This document shows, in pieces, positions 44,025 through 51,710 of a stretch of 62,363 nt of DNA (position 1 is the stretch's first letter; each line of letters opens with the position of its first letter). The position numbers and the translations under genes were made by a program. Source of the DNA: a virus; the IMG/VR virus record IMGVR_UViG_3300045988_026745. One strand, 5' to 3'. Below the pieces are notes generated by a model that was not told where the DNA came from, did no database searches, and saw only the letters and a program-made list of their open reading frames with translations.

Positions 44025-44376
44025 CTTCGTTCACCTCCTGTGTGCTAGATTCTGCTGCTGCATTAATTCGCCATTCAAATTCGCTAATCATACGATTCAT
44101 GCTTTCCATAACAACAGAACTAGACGGTGGATCAAAAAGTAATTTAACTTTAAGATGAATATAGGACTTTATCAGTTCGAGATTCTTTCCGTCAGGAATA
44201 AACTCATTCCATGTGTCTGACTTGTCTTTCACGATGAATCCTTCAGGCGGACCAACACCCAGCTGTGTAAGAACCATAAGAACCGAGTTTATATGGGTAA
44301 CTATCTGATTATCGAAGTGTTCATAATCTTCAGTTATCCCAAGTAACAGTTTTATAGAAGTAAGTATACTTTCCAC
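44011..44376 (-). CDS. gp6-like head-tail connector/DNA-packaging protein (121 aa), GTG start
   Basis: 'SIKLLLGITEDYEHFDNQIVTHINSV...' recalls Phage_connect_1. 'aaggaggacataact' precedes the GTG. Confidence 0.55.
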   Translation of the reverse strand: MESILTSIKLLLGITEDYEHFDNQIVTHINSVLMVLTQLGVGPPEGFIVKDKSDTWNEFIPDGKNLELIKSYIHLKVKLLFDPPSSSVVMESMNRMISEFEWRINAAAESSTQEVNEDESK

Positions 44377-44396
44377 AGTTATGTCCTCCTTTCTTA

Positions 44397-44816
44397 TTAG
44401 TCATGACGCCATGGACAAGTGTCATTTTTTGTCCTTATCGTTGGTTCACTAAGCAATATACTCTCATCGCTGTAATGAATAGCGTCATGCGTAAGCTTCA
44501 TTGTTGTTATGAGATACTCTGGGTTCAAAAGGAAATCGCTTCTATTCATTAGATCCTCTTTTGTTATAGGATTCATATGATGAATTAAAACTCGTCCATG
44601 TATCTCACGACCTTCAATTCCAAGATCACAACCATTGTCTCGGAATATAACATGGTCTCTTATTGCAAGCCATTCTTTAGATTTATAGAATGCTTGATTT
44701 AACCAACGATCAAATCCAAAAGTATCCACGCCAACTTGTCCACCAAGTCGAAGATACTTATACCTTTCTTCAAAGGTTGGTAATTTTATCAACTCAGAAT
44801 ATGTCTTAATACTCAT
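44397..44816 (-). CDS. HNH endonuclease (139 aa)
   Basis: Track ORF to 44867. I prefer ATG 44816 (MSIKTYSEL...). 'RDNGCDLGIEGREIHGRVLIHHMNPI' is HNH-like. Adjacent to the terminase genes. Confidence 0.65.
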   Translation of the reverse strand: MSIKTYSELIKLPTFEERYKYLRLGGQVGVDTFGFDRWLNQAFYKSKEWLAIRDHVIFRDNGCDLGIEGREIHGRVLIHHMNPITKEDLMNRSDFLLNPEYLITTMKLTHDAIHYSDESILLSEPTIRTKNDTCPWRHD

Positions 44817-45135
44817 CCGGTTCACCTTGTCCTGCATAATCCCGCATCGCTCGGATTGCATCTTCATACAGACCTTTCATTTCTTCACCAGATTCGATAG
44901 CCTCGGTTTTAGCTCTAAGAAGTTCATTCTCTTTTTCGAGTTTCTCTCTTTCAAGTCGTTCTCGCTCAGTACCAAGCTTTAAGAAATGTGTTATCACCTG
45001 AGAAGAAGCGGTTCCATCTAAAAGCTGCTGCTCAGCACAGTCCATAGCAAGTGAAATCATCTGATTCTCTCTAGCTTCGGGTGTTATAGCTGGTCTCATC
45101 TTACGAGCACTACCAGTTTTCTTAACTTTAGCCAT
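44806..45135 (-). CDS. terS: Terminase small subunit (109 aa)
   Basis: 'ITPEARENQMISLAMDCAEQQLLDGTASSQVITHFLKLGTERERLE' is typical of small terminases in Bacillota phages. An 'agaggaggttgtaagt' SD precedes it. Confidence 0.7.
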   Translation of the reverse strand: MAKVKKTGSARKMRPAITPEARENQMISLAMDCAEQQLLDGTASSQVITHFLKLGTERERLEREKLEKENELLRAKTEAIESGEEMKGLYEDAIRAMRDYAGQGEPDEY

Positions 45136-45170
45136 ACTTACAACCTCCTCTCATTTAGTTATAGAATAGT

Positions 45171-45318
45171 TTATGTGGTCTTTAGAAGAGTTTACAGGAT
45201 GAATGACCTACCTTTTGGAGGCGAAAGGAGATAAACCATATGACAAAAAGTAACCAGAAACTTACCAAACCAACAACTTAACCTGTAAAACCTGTAAACC
45301 CCTCTAAACACCACATAA
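45171..45318. repeat. 28-bp imperfect inverted repeat (24/28) flanking a 92-bp spacer, upstream of terS (cos/pac or leader structure candidate)
   Basis: 45171..45198 'ttatgtggtctttagaagagtttacagg' versus 45291..45318 'cctgtaaacccctctaaacaccacataa'. A tandem 'cctgtaaa' pair sits at 45282..45298. Confidence 0.6.
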
Positions 45319-45437
45319 CACACCGGAGGAAAATATAAATTGTTTCTGGAAAATTCCCTCCGGAGAAAAAATGAGGACCGCGGCGATGCAGGGAGGGGGT
45401 GCAATTTTGGCGACCCCCCCTATGTCTTTTTGAATAC

Positions 45438-45713
45438 TTACGCCGGTACGTTGTCCTCTTTCTTTGTTTCTTTGTGATTTCTGTAAACTTTTTTATAAAT
45501 ATTTAAGAAATCGTTATCAATAATTGAATTTATTGCTCTTTCATGCTCTTCATCAGACTCTTTTTCACTCATGTCTTCATAAACATTCTCGATTCGTCCG
45601 AGTAATGCACATGTATTGTATCCTTTTGCAATGTCGAACAGAAACCATTGAGTGAACTGTTCAAATGGATCAAAAGGATTATCGAATGTTGTTAATCTAC
45701 AATCATTTGTCAT
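45438..45713 (-). CDS. Hypothetical protein (91 aa)
   Basis: ORF track. 'TTFDNPFDPFEQFTQWFLFDIAKGYNTCALLGR'. Confidence 0.7.
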   Translation of the reverse strand: MTNDCRLTTFDNPFDPFEQFTQWFLFDIAKGYNTCALLGRIENVYEDMSEKESDEEHERAINSIIDNDFLNIYKKVYRNHKETKKEDNVPA

Positions 45714-45731
45714 TCTAATTCACTCCTTTCT

Positions 45732-48629
45732 TTACGACTTAAGATACTTTGAAACAGTTGATGTAGAAACACCAAGCTTGTCAGCTATCTCAGCAATTGT
45801 ATAAGAAGCTGACATTGCTTTGATTCTATTAATCTTTGCTTGATTGATAGCTACTGATTGTTTAGGCATTGCTCTTTGTCTAAGTGAGTCTGGGTCGCAC
45901 TGGTTAAGTATGCGCTTAAGCTTAGACTCACTGATAGCACCTGCCTGAATAGCTTCCCATTCTTTATCGCTAATGACTATATTTCTATCTTTTCTTGAAA
46001 TAGATCCAACTTCTTCACGAGCTTTACTTAATGCTCTTTGACTATCTTTCCTTACATCTTTAGCTTTATATGTAACGCCTTCTTCTTCGGCCTTCTTCTT
46101 CTTAGCATTGATAGTGGCAGCCGCCATTCTGTTAGCTGTTCTTTCTCTAACTGTATTAAGTTCAGCTTTACGAAGTTTATCGTCAAGACTCTTTACTTCT
46201 GTATCATACTTTCTTTTAGCATCAGCGTTATATGCAACCTTACCTGCTTTAGTCATCTCAACCCTAGCTTTATTAGCTAATGATTTCATGCTGTTAGCAT
46301 AGTCAGCATAAACTAATTCCATTAGATGTCTGTATTCAGAAACTAATGTCATAGCATCATCTGTTTCAGCCATCTTTGTACTCTTCTGCTTACGAGTACG
46401 TACCTCAGTGACAGTCTCGCCTGTACGCTTATTGGTCTTGGTTATGGTATAGTCCGCATCGTCTGCCCTCCTATATAGAAGCGCTCCCTCAGGACGGGAT
46501 GGATCATAGTCTGGTCTACCCTTAATGTTTATGTGCGGCGTTCCCTGTCTCTTATCCACATCATACTCGCCCTTAGCACGAGAGATAAGTGTTGATGCTC
46601 CACCATATCTCATGCGACCATTCTTATCTTCATGAGCCTGGTATTCTTTTCTAAGAGCTGCTATGTTATTGTCTATCTCACTCTGCTTGTAGTCTAGCTT
46701 GTGCTTCTCAGCATCGATAACGACCATGGAGTGACGAACAGCTCTTGCCATCTTCTCAGGCGGCGCTCCTGCCAATGTCATGTCTGTAATAAGATTGGAG
46801 ATCTTACCCATCTCAGTATCAGTCTTCTTCATTACTTTGAATTCAGCGCCGTTACGATAGTAATGTTCTTTGCCATCTGAATCAACCTTCATGTCATGAT
46901 ACTGATAGGATTTAGAATCAAATCCAACTAATCCCTCAAGTGGATCTGTGGAAGTAATCTTAACCTTTCCACCTTTATCATGGGTTGGAATACACATAAC
47001 CGTATCGCCATCAAAGTCTGCCCCAGACAATCGCTCAGCAACCTTACTGTTAATACCTATAGCATCGATAGAAGTCTTACCAATCATCTTGATAGCTTCT
47101 GGGTTTTTATTATTAACAGTACAGATTGGTATTTCAAATGTACCACCATGAGGATATCGAATAAGAGCAAGCTTAGTTCCATCCGCATAGTTCGGAGCAT
47201 ATACTTCTTTTTCACTCATAGAAGTGACTGGCAGTATAACGTGATACTTCTGTCTAGGTAAAGCAGCAGCTTTTAGATCAACAGCGGCAGAATCGCAACT
47301 CTGAGCAAACTTATTTAAGTAATACTTCTTGATAGTTGGATTAGTAAGAGCCATGATTTCATCAAACTCAGACTGCTTGTCTGCTTTAGCAATGCCAAGC
47401 TGTTTCTTAGCCATAGATAAAGACTGTTTTGATAAGAACTGAGAAGGTAATGCATCTTTCCATTCATTCCATTCGCCTTCTTCTCTTGTCTTATTGATTA
47501 GACCAAGCTTCTTATTACCATTCTTATCCTCATACCAATACTGTCCACCCTTTTCTTTAACCAAAGCACCAAATGGATTGTCAGGATCATCTTTAATCTT
47601 CTTCAAGACATCCATTTTAGCAACATCTTTGGATTTGTTAGTGTTGAATATAACGTCAACACCTGGCGGAAAGTCTTTAGGGTCACCATAAACAGCCATA
47701 CCTTTCAAATATCGCTTACCGTCAACCATAATTCTGACCTGAGAATATCGTGATTCGCCAAGAGACAAGTCAGCAACACCAGGACGAAGTTCCATAACAC
47801 CATCCTTGTCGATACCGCCGTCTTCTTTATAACGGATTTTCAGTCGACTTGAGTCCATGCTTTCTGGATAATGGAATTTCTTTTCGAATGTTTTACCATC
47901 GTCCCTTGAAATATAATCATTGAGTGTCTGAATTCTATCAAGATCATATATTTCATTATGTTTTGTGCCTGGTTTACATAATACTCGCTGAGTTGTCATC
48001 TGCCCTTTGTTGGTCACCTGCGCAAAGCGACCACCATAAACTTCATATCCTCCTTCTGCTTGGAGAATAAAGAGGGCCTGATCTAATTTTTCTTTAGATA
48101 TATTAAGTTCTCTCTCAACACCAGCACCAACGTCAACCATACCTTTTTCATCAACATGTTTCTTGAGGAAATCTGCTGTTTCTCGAGCCTGCTTCATACG
48201 GAATTCTCTGTTAGGATCAAGTAAACTACGAACGGTTGATTCATTGATTCCCATTTTACGGCCAATCTCACTATTATTTAAACCATCGCTCTTCAAAGAT
48301 TGAGCTCTAGCAACATCATACGCTCGTCGTTCATCTTTAGCTATTCCATATACAGTTCTGAAGTCTGTAGAAGAATATCCGAGAGATTTAGCGATAGCAT
48401 TGTCGCCAGTATAGGTTTTACCAGTCTCTGGATCAGTATATGTAAAACCATTTTTTCGCATTTGCTCAACTCGACCATAGAAGTCTCTACCTGATTGATA
48501 TGGATCTTCACCTGATCCCCAAGGATATCTTCCCGATCTACGAGGCATTCCATAGTGTTCAAGATATTCTTCATCGGTCATTGAAGCAGAGTCAATATAT
48601 GATTTAATCTCTTCTGCTACAGCATTCAC
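45732..48629 (-). CDS. Candidate single-subunit two-barrel RNA polymerase (YonO/RdRP-like) with terminal HTH segments, 965 aa
   Basis: 'LIRYPHGGTFEIPICTV' (~47143-47170) is followed by 'LSGADFDGDTVMCIP' (DFDGD = 47004..47018). HTH-like segments: 'NNSEIGRKMGINESTVRSLL' (N-terminal) and 'YTIAEIADKLGVSTSTVSKYL' (C-terminal). Confidence 0.5.
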   Translation of the reverse strand: MNAVAEEIKSYIDSASMTDEEYLEHYGMPRRSGRYPWGSGEDPYQSGRDFYGRVEQMRKNGFTYTDPETGKTYTGDNAIAKSLGYSSTDFRTVYGIAKDERRAYDVARAQSLKSDGLNNSEIGRKMGINESTVRSLLDPNREFRMKQARETADFLKKHVDEKGMVDVGAGVERELNISKEKLDQALFILQAEGGYEVYGGRFAQVTNKGQMTTQRVLCKPGTKHNEIYDLDRIQTLNDYISRDDGKTFEKKFHYPESMDSSRLKIRYKEDGGIDKDGVMELRPGVADLSLGESRYSQVRIMVDGKRYLKGMAVYGDPKDFPPGVDVIFNTNKSKDVAKMDVLKKIKDDPDNPFGALVKEKGGQYWYEDKNGNKKLGLINKTREEGEWNEWKDALPSQFLSKQSLSMAKKQLGIAKADKQSEFDEIMALTNPTIKKYYLNKFAQSCDSAAVDLKAAALPRQKYHVILPVTSMSEKEVYAPNYADGTKLALIRYPHGGTFEIPICTVNNKNPEAIKMIGKTSIDAIGINSKVAERLSGADFDGDTVMCIPTHDKGGKVKITSTDPLEGLVGFDSKSYQYHDMKVDSDGKEHYYRNGAEFKVMKKTDTEMGKISNLITDMTLAGAPPEKMARAVRHSMVVIDAEKHKLDYKQSEIDNNIAALRKEYQAHEDKNGRMRYGGASTLISRAKGEYDVDKRQGTPHINIKGRPDYDPSRPEGALLYRRADDADYTITKTNKRTGETVTEVRTRKQKSTKMAETDDAMTLVSEYRHLMELVYADYANSMKSLANKARVEMTKAGKVAYNADAKRKYDTEVKSLDDKLRKAELNTVRERTANRMAAATINAKKKKAEEEGVTYKAKDVRKDSQRALSKAREEVGSISRKDRNIVISDKEWEAIQAGAISESKLKRILNQCDPDSLRQRAMPKQSVAINQAKINRIKAMSASYTIAEIADKLGVSTSTVSKYLKS

Positions 48630-48632
48630 ATG

Positions 48633-49190
48633 TTACACCTCCTCTGCATCAACCTCTTCTAACATTTTGTTAAGATGTACGATCTTATCCATGATTGGTA
48701 AAATATCTTCTGCTGTTGGTTTATGTACAATAACTTCGTCATTCTGGTAAAGTCTAAGTTCCATATCAATATCACCAGGACGAATCTTATATTCTAAACA
48801 GAATAAAGCAGCATATACTTCAAGCTGTTCCATATGCACTGGATTCTTACCGGTTTTAAGATCATGGATTCTTAACATATTCTTTCTGAAAGATATAGCG
48901 TCAGCAGTGCCGAAAAATCTGTCAGAATAATATAAAACAACCTCAGTGCTCATTTTGAAACCTATTGCATCGTTTACATATGCGTAAATGGTTTTCTTAG
49001 AACGAGGTTGTTTAATTCTTAAGTCTATAGTTTCTTTAGCCCAGGCATGAAGTCTTGTTCCTATTTCTGCGGCTTTCTTGTTCTGGTATACTTCAAGTGC
49101 TTTATTGTCGTCATAGCGAAGCCAAGCACTAGAGCTCGCACTAAACGGAGCATGAAGTCCCTCAAGTTTTACATGTTTTGTAAAATTCAT
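48633..49190 (-). CDS. PD-(D/E)XK nuclease (DUF2800/Cas4-like fold), 185 aa
   Basis: 'FFGTADAISF...LRIHDLKTGK...EQLEVYA' shows the D...(D/E)xK pattern. Confidence 0.55.
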   Translation of the reverse strand: MNFTKHVKLEGLHAPFSASSSAWLRYDDNKALEVYQNKKAAEIGTRLHAWAKETIDLRIKQPRSKKTIYAYVNDAIGFKMSTEVVLYYSDRFFGTADAISFRKNMLRIHDLKTGKNPVHMEQLEVYAALFCLEYKIRPGDIDMELRLYQNDEVIVHKPTAEDILPIMDKIVHLNKMLEEVDAEEV

Positions 49191-49202
49191 TTTTCAACCT
49201 CC

Positions 49203-49490
49203 TTAATTGAAGTGTCGGTCAAGTTCTTCTAACACTTCATCTTTGTTCTCTGGAAATATAAATCTGGAGAACGACATGTCATTCATTTTGTTAACATAGT
49301 ATTCCTGGTTAGGTCTGTGAGAAGCTGTCTTGCTCCTTTTATTTTCTAAGGTGGCCCAACGATCCTTGTAAAGAACAAGTAAATCAGGGATACCTTGAAT
49401 ATCACCAGAGTCAAGTTTTGTTATAATGCAGCCTGGATATCTCTGTTTTAATTCTTTTTTCAGGTCTGCCTGGAATTTACTTTCACGCAT
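49203..49490 (-). CDS. VRR-NUC domain nuclease (95 aa)
   Basis: 'ESKFQADLKKELKQ...GIPDLLVLYKDRWATLENKRSK' matches the VRR-NUC E...PD...(E)xK pattern. Confidence 0.65.
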   Translation of the reverse strand: MRESKFQADLKKELKQRYPGCIITKLDSGDIQGIPDLLVLYKDRWATLENKRSKTASHRPNQEYYVNKMNDMSFSRFIFPENKDEVLEELDRHFN

Positions 49491-49517
49491 GGTTGAGTCT
49501 CCTTTCTTTTATAGAGA

Positions 49518-49591
49518 TCGACTCTGTGAGATTCGAACTCACGACATACGGCTTATAAGGCCGGCGCTCTCACCTACTGAGCTAAGAGTCA
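49518..49591 (-). tRNA. tRNA-Ile, anticodon UAU (reads AUA)
   Basis: Minus strand: TGACTCT-TA-GCTC-AGTAGGTGA-GAGC-G-CCGGC-CTTATAA-GCCGT-ATGTC-GTGAG-TTCGAAT-CTCAC-AGAGTCG-A. The cloverleaf folds well (T-loop TTCGAAT, GG in the D-loop, U33). There is a 1:72 T-G wobble and no encoded CCA. Confidence 0.85.
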
Positions 49592-49641
49592 AAAATAAAG
49601 AGACAATAGATTAACCGAGAAACTGCCAAAATATTATCTCT
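49592..49641 (-). promoter_or_regulatory. Short leader hairpin + T-tract between promoter module copy 9 and the tRNA (terminator/attenuator-like)
   Basis: On the minus strand AGAGATAAT (49641..49633) pairs with ATTGTCTCT (49607..49599), followed by TTATTTTT, which abuts the tRNA 5' end. Confidence 0.35.
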
Positions 49642-49642
49642 T

Positions 49643-49672
49643 CTCTATAAAAGAGCATGTTATTTTAGCGTG
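49643..49672 (-). promoter_or_regulatory. Conserved promoter-like module, copy 9 (upstream of the tRNA and the late-gene block)
   Basis: Minus strand: CACGCTAAAATAACATGCTCTTTTATAGAG. Confidence 0.4.
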
Positions 49673-49681
49673 CTAGTTTGT

Positions 49682-50041
49682 TTACAGTTGCTTAAAATGA
49701 TACCCTTTATGTGACTTACGACTTCGCTTATTGTTTAAGATATCGCATATAACACTCGGACTACCGTGTATCGCATCAGCACATTCTCGAAGTGTGTTAA
49801 AGACTTCTCCTGTCTCGACAATCATTATTTTTCGACGTTCTTTAATTATTGGCTCTTCGCCTTTTCTAACGATGTGATAACCTTTACATGTATCAAACCC
49901 GGGACAATGATTTACTACTCGGCTGACATATGCTGGATTACCTTCTATAGCATCAGCACATGCTTTGATCGAATTAAATACTTCGCCAGTCTCTACAATC
50001 ATTACTGATACGCCATTTCGCTTTGTATTGAATTGATTCAT
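49682..50041 (-). CDS. Tandem NUMOD1/IENR1-like DNA-binding modules without a nuclease domain (119 aa)
   Basis: Track ORF to 50062. I prefer ATG 50041 after 'gaaaggaggagatct'. Two repeats: 'MIVETGEVFNSIKACADAIEGNP..V.....KGYH' and 'MIVETGEVFNTLRECADAIHGSP..I.....KGYH'. Confidence 0.5.
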   Translation of the reverse strand: MNQFNTKRNGVSVMIVETGEVFNSIKACADAIEGNPAYVSRVVNHCPGFDTCKGYHIVRKGEEPIIKERRKIMIVETGEVFNTLRECADAIHGSPSVICDILNNKRSRKSHKGYHFKQL

Positions 50042-50057
50042 AGATCTCCTCCTTTCA

Positions 50058-50095
50058 AACAAAAAGAAAGAGGGCTAGTTTGACTAGCGCCTCCA
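50058..50095 (-). terminator. Intrinsic terminator after 50105..50521
   Basis: Minus strand: GAGGCGCTAGT-CAA-ACTAGCCCTC hairpin followed by TTTCTTTTTGTTT. Confidence 0.6.
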
Positions 50096-50104
50096 CTATA
50101 TATA

Positions 50105-50521
50105 TTATTCATACTCCATTAGTATCAAATCACTTAGACCACACTTAAGAGCTTTTGCCAGCTTACGAAGATTTATCACTGTTGGTGTCGTTTCGCCATT
50201 GTCATATCTACTTAGCGTTGACATGGATATTCCGGTAAGCTCGTGTAAGTCAGATATGTTGTAAGCTCGTAAAATACGCATAGATCTAAAACGTTGCATA
50301 AATTCGAACACAACTTGTTCGTCTGTCATATCATCGGGATCGGCTGGTAAACGACGAATAGATGACATAACATCGTTGAATATATATCTTGATCCGTCTT
50401 TTTTGATTATTAATATCTCGCACTTGTTTATTTCCTGAATGTCTTCTATCTCATCAAATCTTGGACGAAAGTAATCTATGTAATTTTGTAACATGTATTT
50501 GTTTACTTCAAAGTTGTTCAT
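50105..50521 (-). CDS. XRE-type HTH protein with N-terminal extension (138 aa)
   Basis: 'NISDLHELTGISMSTLSRYDNGETTPTVINLRKLAKALKCGLSDL'. Confidence 0.75.
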   Translation of the reverse strand: MNNFEVNKYMLQNYIDYFRPRFDEIEDIQEINKCEILIIKKDGSRYIFNDVMSSIRRLPADPDDMTDEQVVFEFMQRFRSMRILRAYNISDLHELTGISMSTLSRYDNGETTPTVINLRKLAKALKCGLSDLILMEYE

Positions 50522-50542
50522 ATATCAGGGCCTTTCTATAAC

Positions 50543-50803
50543 TTACTCAATTACAACACAAGCTGTTGGTACTAGATCATCGATACGACAATTAAGGGCA
50601 AAACAAATATTAGATATTGCAGCCATTGATGGCATTCTTTTAGCCTTCGTATACATGCATATGGTTGATTTGCTAAGACCACTCTTACGAGCAAGTTCAC
50701 TTTGAGTAATTCCTTCATACTCCATAACATATTTAAGATTACTAGCAAATGCGTTTAATAATTCCATTTCAGAAATCTCTGTGATTTCGACATTACGTGA
50801 CAT
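50543..50803 (-). CDS. XRE-type HTH regulator (86 aa)
   Basis: 'GITQSELARKSGLSKSTICMYTKAKRMPSMAAISNICFALNCRIDDL'. Confidence 0.8.
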   Translation of the reverse strand: MSRNVEITEISEMELLNAFASNLKYVMEYEGITQSELARKSGLSKSTICMYTKAKRMPSMAAISNICFALNCRIDDLVPTACVVIE

Positions 50804-50816
50804 ATTTTATACCTCC

Positions 50817-51137
50817 TATTTTTTGTATTTCAATAATTTACTATTGTAAAAAAAACATAGGGTCTAAACTTAGTATGTGTAAAATTTCAAAAATGAAATA
50901 TTTTATATAGTAAGTTTAAATACCTCAAAAAATTTACTATTGTAATCAAATTCTGGCCAAAAGTTAAGGTTTTTGCATGATTTTTAGAAATTTTCTTATT
51001 TTTTGTATTACAATAAATAGTTTCTACTTCTGACCAGAACCTGATTTTATGTATTACATTAATTCATCACCCCCTCATCAAATCTATTTTATGTATTACA
51101 ATAATTCGTATTTACCTATTTTATGTAATACATAAAT
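50817..51137. promoter_or_regulatory. AT-rich array of repeated operator/iteron-like sites
   Basis: 'TATTTT(T)WTGTATWACAWTAAT' occurs at 50817-50837, 50997-51017, 51044-51063, 51085-51105 and 51117-51137; the last contains the palindrome ttatgtaatacataa. 'tttactattgtaa' occurs at ~50837-50849 and 50933-50945. Confidence 0.6.
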
Positions 51138-51140
51138 TCA

Positions 51141-51338
51141 CTAAAATTCAGTGTTAAGAAATATGTCCATTGCCTTATCATACATAATATCGATACCTTC
51201 TCTTATGATTTCTGACTTTTCTTTACCTGTATAATCCTTGATAAATGCCAATCTATTTAAATCTAATTCTGATAATCTTATTGTTACTACATATTTCTTA
51301 CCGAAATCTTTCTTAGGTCTCCCTCTTTTCCTTCCCAT
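51141..51338 (-). CDS. Ribbon-helix-helix (CopG/Arc-like) DNA-binding protein (65 aa)
   Basis: 'GRPKKDFGKKYVVTIRLSELDLNRLAFIKDYTGKEKSEIIREGIDIMY'. Confidence 0.65.
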   Translation of the reverse strand: MGRKRGRPKKDFGKKYVVTIRLSELDLNRLAFIKDYTGKEKSEIIREGIDIMYDKAMDIFLNTEF

Positions 51339-51347
51339 AAGTCTCTC

Positions 51348-51479
51348 CTACTTGCTACCGGAATTACAATTAAACGCAATAGCCCCAGCAATAGCAAATA
51401 ACCCAGCACAAATAAATGCATCAGTATTACCACTAACGCATCCCGCAATCATAAATCCAATTGTAAATAACCAACCCAT
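51348..51479 (-). CDS. Small membrane peptide (43 aa), hand-called
   Basis: 'ggaggtagaaca' precedes the ATG. Translation: MGWLFTIGFMIAGCVSGNTDAFICAGLFAIAGAIAFNCNSGSK. Confidence 0.45.
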   Translation of the reverse strand: MGWLFTIGFMIAGCVSGNTDAFICAGLFAIAGAIAFNCNSGSK

Positions 51480-51483
51480 TGTT

Positions 51484-51696
51484 CTACCTCCAAATCTTTC
51501 CTGTTCTTTTACTCTTAATTACAATTCTTCCCTCAATATGAAACCCAGCAAGATCACACAAATTGAATATAGTATCAAGAAGTTTTTTAAATTTCTCTTC
51601 TTCGGCCTGCTCATCCATGCTGACATTTCGAATAGCATTATATGCCGTAGGATCATATTTACCTGACCCATTCTCTTTTATGTTGTGACCGCCCAT
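51484..51696 (-). CDS. Hypothetical protein (70 aa)
   Basis: ORF track. Confidence 0.65.
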   Translation of the reverse strand: MGGHNIKENGSGKYDPTAYNAIRNVSMDEQAEEEKFKKLLDTIFNLCDLAGFHIEGRIVIKSKRTGKIWR

Positions 51697-51710
51697 AACA
51701 TAATAACCTC

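Noticed and set aside
45192-45404. A 70-aa minus-strand ORF in the gap upstream of terS.
   Set aside because: It has no SD. Its Pro/Arg/Phe-rich composition is implausible. It spans the inverted repeats and hairpins that are better explained as a cos/pac or leader region.
49426-49614. A 62-aa plus-strand ORF.
   Set aside because: It lies antisense across a well-folding tRNA gene and the 5' end of the VRR-NUC gene.
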